NCBI GenBank assembly: GCA_048938895.1
Contig: JBHLLU010000001.1
Coordinates: 96,001 to 160,000, forward strand
Reading direction: 5' to 3'
Length of the DNA: 64,000 nt
Source: Promethearchaeota archaeon
GTDB taxonomy: Archaea > Asgardarchaeota > Lokiarchaeia > Sigyniarchaeales > SOKP01
In this document: piece by piece, positions 59,191 to 64,000 of the stretch
Position numbering within the stretch: the stretch's first letter is position 1
Layout: every line of letters begins with the position of its first letter
Translations under genes and position numbers: made by a program
The notes under the pieces: model-generated
What the model was told of the DNA's origin: nothing
The model's database searches: none
What the model saw: the letters and a program-made list of their open reading frames with translations, nothing else

Positions 59191-60033
59191 ATGGCTCGCA
59201 ATGTTCTTAATTTATTTTTTCTTGGTAGCAGTGGATGCATACAAGTTCCGTCATTTCACTGTTCTTGCCAAACATGTGAAAGAGCAAGAAAAGATCAGAA
59301 ATTACGAAGAACCAGGGCTTCCATTGTATTATCAGGGCAAGAAAATATCTTAATTGATGCTAGTCCTGACATCGAGTTCCAACTCGAACGGGAAAGAATT
59401 AAGTTTATAGATAGAATATTTTTAACACATTGGCATTATGATCATTGCTTTGGTCTAGCTCCTTTTCCAGAGCTGTGCACTCACGGAATTTGGAAAAAAG
59501 ATAAAATTGATCTTTATCTTCCATCACAAGATATGGGTTATTTTGATAGAGATTTCTCTTGGGGTAAACCACAATTCAATCTTCATCCTTTAGATCCTGG
59601 AGATATTATTAAGCTTCCCGATGCTAATTTTGAAGTTGTAAAGACAACTCATTCTGTTGACAGTCTCGGATATATTATCACTACACCCAATAAAACTTTT
59701 GCATATCTTGTTGATGGAGTTATACCCCCAAAGATGACAATTAACCGATTGAAAGAAATCAAATTAGATTTTATAATTCTAGAAGGTACTGTTGACAAAT
59801 TATTTCTACCTAAAGGCATTACATTTCAAGAATGGAAAAATTTCTCTATTTTTGACGCTGTTGATTTCTGGAAGACACTAGATATTCCAAAATGTATCAT
59901 TACTCATGCTTCATTTCATAGTTGGAACATAAATAAATTAATACAAGGTATTACTCCCAATGAACGTAAAGAATTAGAAGAACAAAACCCTGGATTATCA
60001 TTTGCTTATGATGGTTTAAAAATAGATATTTAG
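59191..60033 (+). CDS. Metallo-beta-lactamase fold hydrolase, PhnP-like
   Basis: LGSSG...VPSFHCSCQTC, LIDASPD, LTHWHYDH, AYDG. Confidence 0.9.
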   Translation: MARNVLNLFFLGSSGCIQVPSFHCSCQTCERARKDQKLRRTRASIVLSGQENILIDASPDIEFQLERERIKFIDRIFLTHWHYDHCFGLAPFPELCTHGIWKKDKIDLYLPSQDMGYFDRDFSWGKPQFNLHPLDPGDIIKLPDANFEVVKTTHSVDSLGYIITTPNKTFAYLVDGVIPPKMTINRLKEIKLDFIILEGTVDKLFLPKGITFQEWKNFSIFDAVDFWKTLDIPKCIITHASFHSWNINKLIQGITPNERKELEEQNPGLSFAYDGLKIDI

Positions 60034-60253
60034 CATTATTAAATATGTTTAAAAACCTATTAGATAAATTAATACTTCAGGAAGATGTTCTCGCCATGCA
60101 ATTTATTCATGTCATTTCATGATACCACTGATTATGTTCTGATCGAGTTTTGATATGATAGGGCTTATATAGTGGTGCTTTTTTGCCATTTTTGTAAATT
60201 TTGTTTTAATTGCATTTCTTAAATTTAATTACAATGAAAAATTTTTTTTTACA

Positions 60254-62434
60254 ATGATAAACACAATACCCTTTAAAATTCCTGACTTTGTTTTGGTTAA
60301 TTTAGATAAAGGTAATTATGACAAGATTATTTTATTTGCCCTTGGGATTTTTGGACCTCACAAATTAAAGGAACTTATTAATAATCCTATTGAATCTATT
60401 GAAAATAGGATGGATGAAACACTATTCTTCGAGTGGACAAATAAATTAAAGGGGGAACAATTGATAGAAGAATTTACATTGGATGATGAGATTCATTATC
60501 GAATTACCTCCAAAGGTGAAGACAAATTATTAGCGTATATAGAAGATACAAAAATTTTAAAATTATTTGAGGAAACTAGAGGTCCAATTGAAAAAGAATC
60601 TTCTACATCTTCTAAATCTGTTTCTGGTTATAAAATTACATATAAAGATTATGTTTTTGGGTTATTATCATTACTGTGGCGTTTAAATACATTTCGGCTG
60701 GAGGAAGAATTTGAGAAAATAGGACCTGATAAAAAAATATCGTTGGGAAAGTGTTTAGAGCGTAATGCAGAAAAATTTCCAAACAATAAAGCTATTCTCT
60801 ATGAAGATCAGGAGTATACTTACAAAGAGCTAAATGAATGGATAAATAAATATGCGAACTTCTTTCTTTCTTTAGGTGTTAAAAAAGGAGAAGTAATTAA
60901 TATCTTTTTAGAAAATAGACCTGAATTGATGTTTTTAATGGCTGCAATGTCAAAAATAGGTACAATTGGTTCATTAATCAACACAAGACAACGAGCAACA
61001 ACACTTCGACACAGCTTGAAACTAAATCAAGTAAGAATTTATGTCATTGGAGAAGAACTTATAGATGCATTTGAAGAAGTTAAAGAAGATCTAGATTTAT
61101 CATCAGAAGATAAGCTTTTTTATGTTGAGGATAAAGGACAAATGAAAAAACCAGAAGGATATCTTGACTTTAAGGCTCAAACAGAGAAACAATCTATTTC
61201 AAATCCTCCGACAACAGCAGATATGTTAGGAAAGGATACCTATGTGTTTATTTTTACTTCAGGTACTACAGGCCTCCCGAAAGCAGCTCATATCCGTAAT
61301 ATTCATACTGTAGGCTCAATATTAGGCTGGGGAAAAATGGCCTTGAACATGCAACCAGATGATATTTATTATATATGTCTCCCAATTTATCATAGTAACG
61401 CCTTACATATTGGATGGTCAGCAGCTATCGCCAATGGTTCGGCAGTTGCATTAGCTCGAAGATTTAGTGTGAGTAATTTCTGGAAAGATATAAATAAATT
61501 CAAAGCTACGTGTTTTAATTATATCGGCGAAATTCTTCGATACCTTTATAATCAACCACCTAGTCCTAATGATAGGAAACATACTGTCTATAAAATTGCC
61601 GGTAATGGACTTAGACCTGAGATGTGGAAGGATTTTAAAGATAGATTTGGTATTAAGGAAGTATATGAGCACTATGGAATGACAGAAATGCGGGGGATGT
61701 TTTGTAATTATCTAAATTTAGATTGCACAATTGGTACCTGTCTAAGTGAGTATGCTCTTGTAAAATATGATATTGAAGATGATGAACCAATTCGTGGAGA
61801 AGATGGATTTCTTCAAATGGTCGATGAAGGTGAAGCGGGATTATTTCTAATGAAAATTCAAGATCCTTATACATTTGCAGGATATACTAGTAAATCAGCA
61901 AGTAAACAAAAAATAATTGAAGATGTATTTGAACAGGGTGATAAGTGGATGTATTCCGGCGATTTGATTAGACCTATAGGTTATGGTCATGCCCAGTTTG
62001 TAGACCGACTTGGTGATACCTTCCGTTGGAAAGGAGAGAATGTGTCCACATCTGAAGTTGAAGACGTGATTCTATCATTTGAGGAAGTAGAACATACATC
62101 TGTCTATGGTGTTTTAGTACCAGATACTGAAGGAAGAGCGGGAATGGCATCAATTTTCACAAAGAGGAAACCTGAAACATTTGATTTTGACGGATTTTCA
62201 AACTTATTAAGAGAAAATTTACCTAATTATGCAATCCCTCTTTTCATTCGTTTCTTATCTAAATTATCAACCACAAACACTTATAAAATCCTAAAGTCAG
62301 ACATGAAAAAAGTTGGTTTTAACATTAATAAAACAAAAGATCCCATTTACGTTCTATTACCAAAAACTTCAAGTTATACACTTCTTACAGAAAAAATTTT
62401 CAAAGATATTGTTGAAAAAAAATATCGATTTTAA
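60254..62434 (+). CDS. FATP/SLC27-type long-chain acyl-CoA synthetase with N-terminal winged-helix-like extension
   Basis: FTSGTTGLPKA, LPIYHS, YGMTE, DRLGDTFRWKGENVS, EGRAGMA, TYKILK; N-terminal ~150 aa with YRITSKGEDKL wing motif. Confidence 0.92.
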   Translation: MINTIPFKIPDFVLVNLDKGNYDKIILFALGIFGPHKLKELINNPIESIENRMDETLFFEWTNKLKGEQLIEEFTLDDEIHYRITSKGEDKLLAYIEDTKILKLFEETRGPIEKESSTSSKSVSGYKITYKDYVFGLLSLLWRLNTFRLEEEFEKIGPDKKISLGKCLERNAEKFPNNKAILYEDQEYTYKELNEWINKYANFFLSLGVKKGEVINIFLENRPELMFLMAAMSKIGTIGSLINTRQRATTLRHSLKLNQVRIYVIGEELIDAFEEVKEDLDLSSEDKLFYVEDKGQMKKPEGYLDFKAQTEKQSISNPPTTADMLGKDTYVFIFTSGTTGLPKAAHIRNIHTVGSILGWGKMALNMQPDDIYYICLPIYHSNALHIGWSAAIANGSAVALARRFSVSNFWKDINKFKATCFNYIGEILRYLYNQPPSPNDRKHTVYKIAGNGLRPEMWKDFKDRFGIKEVYEHYGMTEMRGMFCNYLNLDCTIGTCLSEYALVKYDIEDDEPIRGEDGFLQMVDEGEAGLFLMKIQDPYTFAGYTSKSASKQKIIEDVFEQGDKWMYSGDLIRPIGYGHAQFVDRLGDTFRWKGENVSTSEVEDVILSFEEVEHTSVYGVLVPDTEGRAGMASIFTKRKPETFDFDGFSNLLRENLPNYAIPLFIRFLSKLSTTNTYKILKSDMKKVGFNINKTKDPIYVLLPKTSSYTLLTEKIFKDIVEKKYRF

Positions 62435-62531
62435 GGTAAAGATTAAATACCTTAACAAGAAATTTTAAAATTGCATATAGATTTTATACTATATTAAAAT
62501 TTCAAGATAAATAATCAAATATTGATGAAAA

Positions 62532-63674
62532 ATGTCAGAGGCTATAGATGAAAAATATAGAAATGCTGTACAAGTAATAAGTAGTGCTGGGGGTTCTCCA
62601 GTTCCAGCTACTGATACCACTATCGCTATTTTAAAATATATTGTGGATGAAAAACATGTAGATTTTATACTAGCTTTTAAAGGTAGGAGATCACAAACCA
62701 TGGAACAATTAAAAGAAAGTACTGGATTGACTGAAGATCAAATCAACGAGCATGTTGAGGTATTAGCAAAAACAGGATTACTTATGAATCAACCAAGTAG
62801 CTCTGGTTTAATGGTATATAGATTGATGCCATTCGTAAATGTGGGGGTTTATGAGTATACATTTATGAAAAAACTTGAATATAACGATTGGGAGAAAGGA
62901 TTAGCTCAATTATTTCTTAAATTAAATAAAGAATCCAGAGGTAGGATGTTAGCTAATTATGATGCCATAGTAAATAGATTTCTGCCATCCATGCGCCCAA
63001 TCGACAGAACTATACCTTATACAGAAAATTTTGAAACTGGAAAAGAAATTAGTATTGTTGTTGATGAAGAATTAGAAGCGCCTGAAGAAAAAGTTATATC
63101 TACTCAAAAAGTTGAAGAAATAATTAACAAATTTGATGATATTGCCGTAGGTCATTGTTATTGTAGACATTTTCGTGATTTAGTGGGAGAATCATGTAAA
63201 CAAACGGATATACGTGAAAACTGTTTTACTTTTGGAAAATCTGCTCGTTATACGACGGAACAAGGTTTCGCTAGAATGATATCGAAAGAAGAAGCATTAG
63301 AGATATTAAAAAAATCTGAAGAAGATGGGCTAGTACATAAAGCTTATCATCCAAACAGAGATTATAATCGAGAAGAAGATAGTATTTGCAATTGCTGCTC
63401 AGATTGTTGTGGTCAAGCAAGAGGTATTACAGCTAATTTAACTAATTACATAGCACGAGTAAATCATGACCTATGTGTAGGATGTGGGACATGTGTTGAA
63501 AAATGCTATTCTGGTGCTAAAAGTTTAAACGATGAAGGAAAAGCTGAAACGAATGAAGAACTTTGTATAGGATGTGGAATATGTGCGGCTTTCTGTCCTG
63601 AAGGAGCAGTCTCCTTGGTAGAAAGGCAGAGGATTGTAAGGATTGTTCCTCCGCGTTCTGCTTATGAACAATAA
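62532..63674 (+). CDS. Cys-rich 4Fe-4S dicluster protein with N-terminal HTH-like domain (paralogue of 41168-42295)
   Basis: CYCRH, ICNCCSDCC, CVGCGTCVEKC, CIGCGICAAFCP. Confidence 0.88.
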   Translation: MSEAIDEKYRNAVQVISSAGGSPVPATDTTIAILKYIVDEKHVDFILAFKGRRSQTMEQLKESTGLTEDQINEHVEVLAKTGLLMNQPSSSGLMVYRLMPFVNVGVYEYTFMKKLEYNDWEKGLAQLFLKLNKESRGRMLANYDAIVNRFLPSMRPIDRTIPYTENFETGKEISIVVDEELEAPEEKVISTQKVEEIINKFDDIAVGHCYCRHFRDLVGESCKQTDIRENCFTFGKSARYTTEQGFARMISKEEALEILKKSEEDGLVHKAYHPNRDYNREEDSICNCCSDCCGQARGITANLTNYIARVNHDLCVGCGTCVEKCYSGAKSLNDEGKAETNEELCIGCGICAAFCPEGAVSLVERQRIVRIVPPRSAYEQ

Positions 63675-63866
63675 TTTTTTTTTATTATGGTATAAAATCT
63701 ATATTTCCTTTTTTTTCTTTCTCTAATGTTTTTCAAATCTGCAAAAGGTTCAGGATTAGAAACCTCTGCATCTCGAGTTTTGTAATATTTAAGTTTTGAA
63801 ACTATTGTACTTAATTATTAGAAATGAGAGTATTAAAAATAAAAAGAAAAAAATAGACTAAAATCT

Positions 63867-64000
63867 CTATTTGATTTCAATTTTCTTCTTTTCTGGTACT
63901 ACAGGTTCTACTTTGGGGATCTTTAATTTCAAAATTCCCTTTTCAAGATTCGCATCAATTTTATTCTCATCAATATTATCTGGTAATGAAAACGCCCTAT
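63867..64000 (-). CDS. Hsp20/alpha-crystallin small heat-shock protein, 3' end (runs off window)
   Basis: Not in ORF track. Manual translation ...RAFSLPDNIDENKIDANLEKGILKLKIPKVEPVVPEKKKIEIK*; AxLxxGxL and C-terminal IxI motifs. Confidence 0.9.
   Translation of the reverse strand, partial: RAFSLPDNIDENKIDANLEKGILKLKIPKVEPVVPEKKKIEIK

Noticed and set aside
63740-63770. Imperfect hairpin tgcaaaaggtt...aacctctgca between convergent genes, within a start-less minus-strand open stretch
   Set aside because: Weak stem, no SECIS or known motif; cannot distinguish terminator, remnant or chance.
1-64000. Selenocysteine/pyrrolysine read-through, CRISPR arrays, tRNA/rRNA, IS elements
   Set aside because: Redox enzymes are complete without in-frame TGA/TAG; no regularly spaced repeats, cloverleafs or transposase motifs seen by eye (Infernal/tRNAscan not run).

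Overview
AT-rich, gene-dense archaeal chromosomal segment, very probably Asgard (Lokiarchaeia/Promethearchaeota). This is inferred from a Rab-like GTPase, HEAT and HEAT+LRR proteins, a Loki-CTERM-like anchor, GGTGA-type ribosome-binding sites and a split GMP synthase. About 47 CDSs, mostly lipid/acyl-CoA catabolism: thiolases, crotonases, acyl-CoA dehydrogenase, an MFE-2-like SDR plus MaoC pair, two AMP-binding ligases, three esterases, two ThDP enzymes, a 4-hydroxybutyryl-CoA dehydratase-like protein and two cytoplasmic Mo/W-bisPGD enzymes. No rRNA, tRNA, CRISPR array or transposase was recognised. The most striking locus is 21.8-34.3 kb. It holds a Dpp/Opp-type ABC importer whose two ATPases carry large related N-terminal membrane domains, a giant C-terminally anchored binding protein, a small membrane protein, and an AbrB-like DNA-binding domain fused to an apparently inactive acyl-CoA ligase. 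The palindrome TTAC-N4-GTAA lies in all three promoter regions, suggesting a pseudo-enzyme-controlled uptake regulon. Other notable items: a winged-helix-FATP fusion, a pseudo-thiolase beside its active twin, a Rab-TrmB coupled pair, a protein with three 148-aa repeats, a deleted HEPN-MNT toxin-antitoxin relic and a probable non-AUG start. All family calls come from motif recognition by eye; no database search was run.
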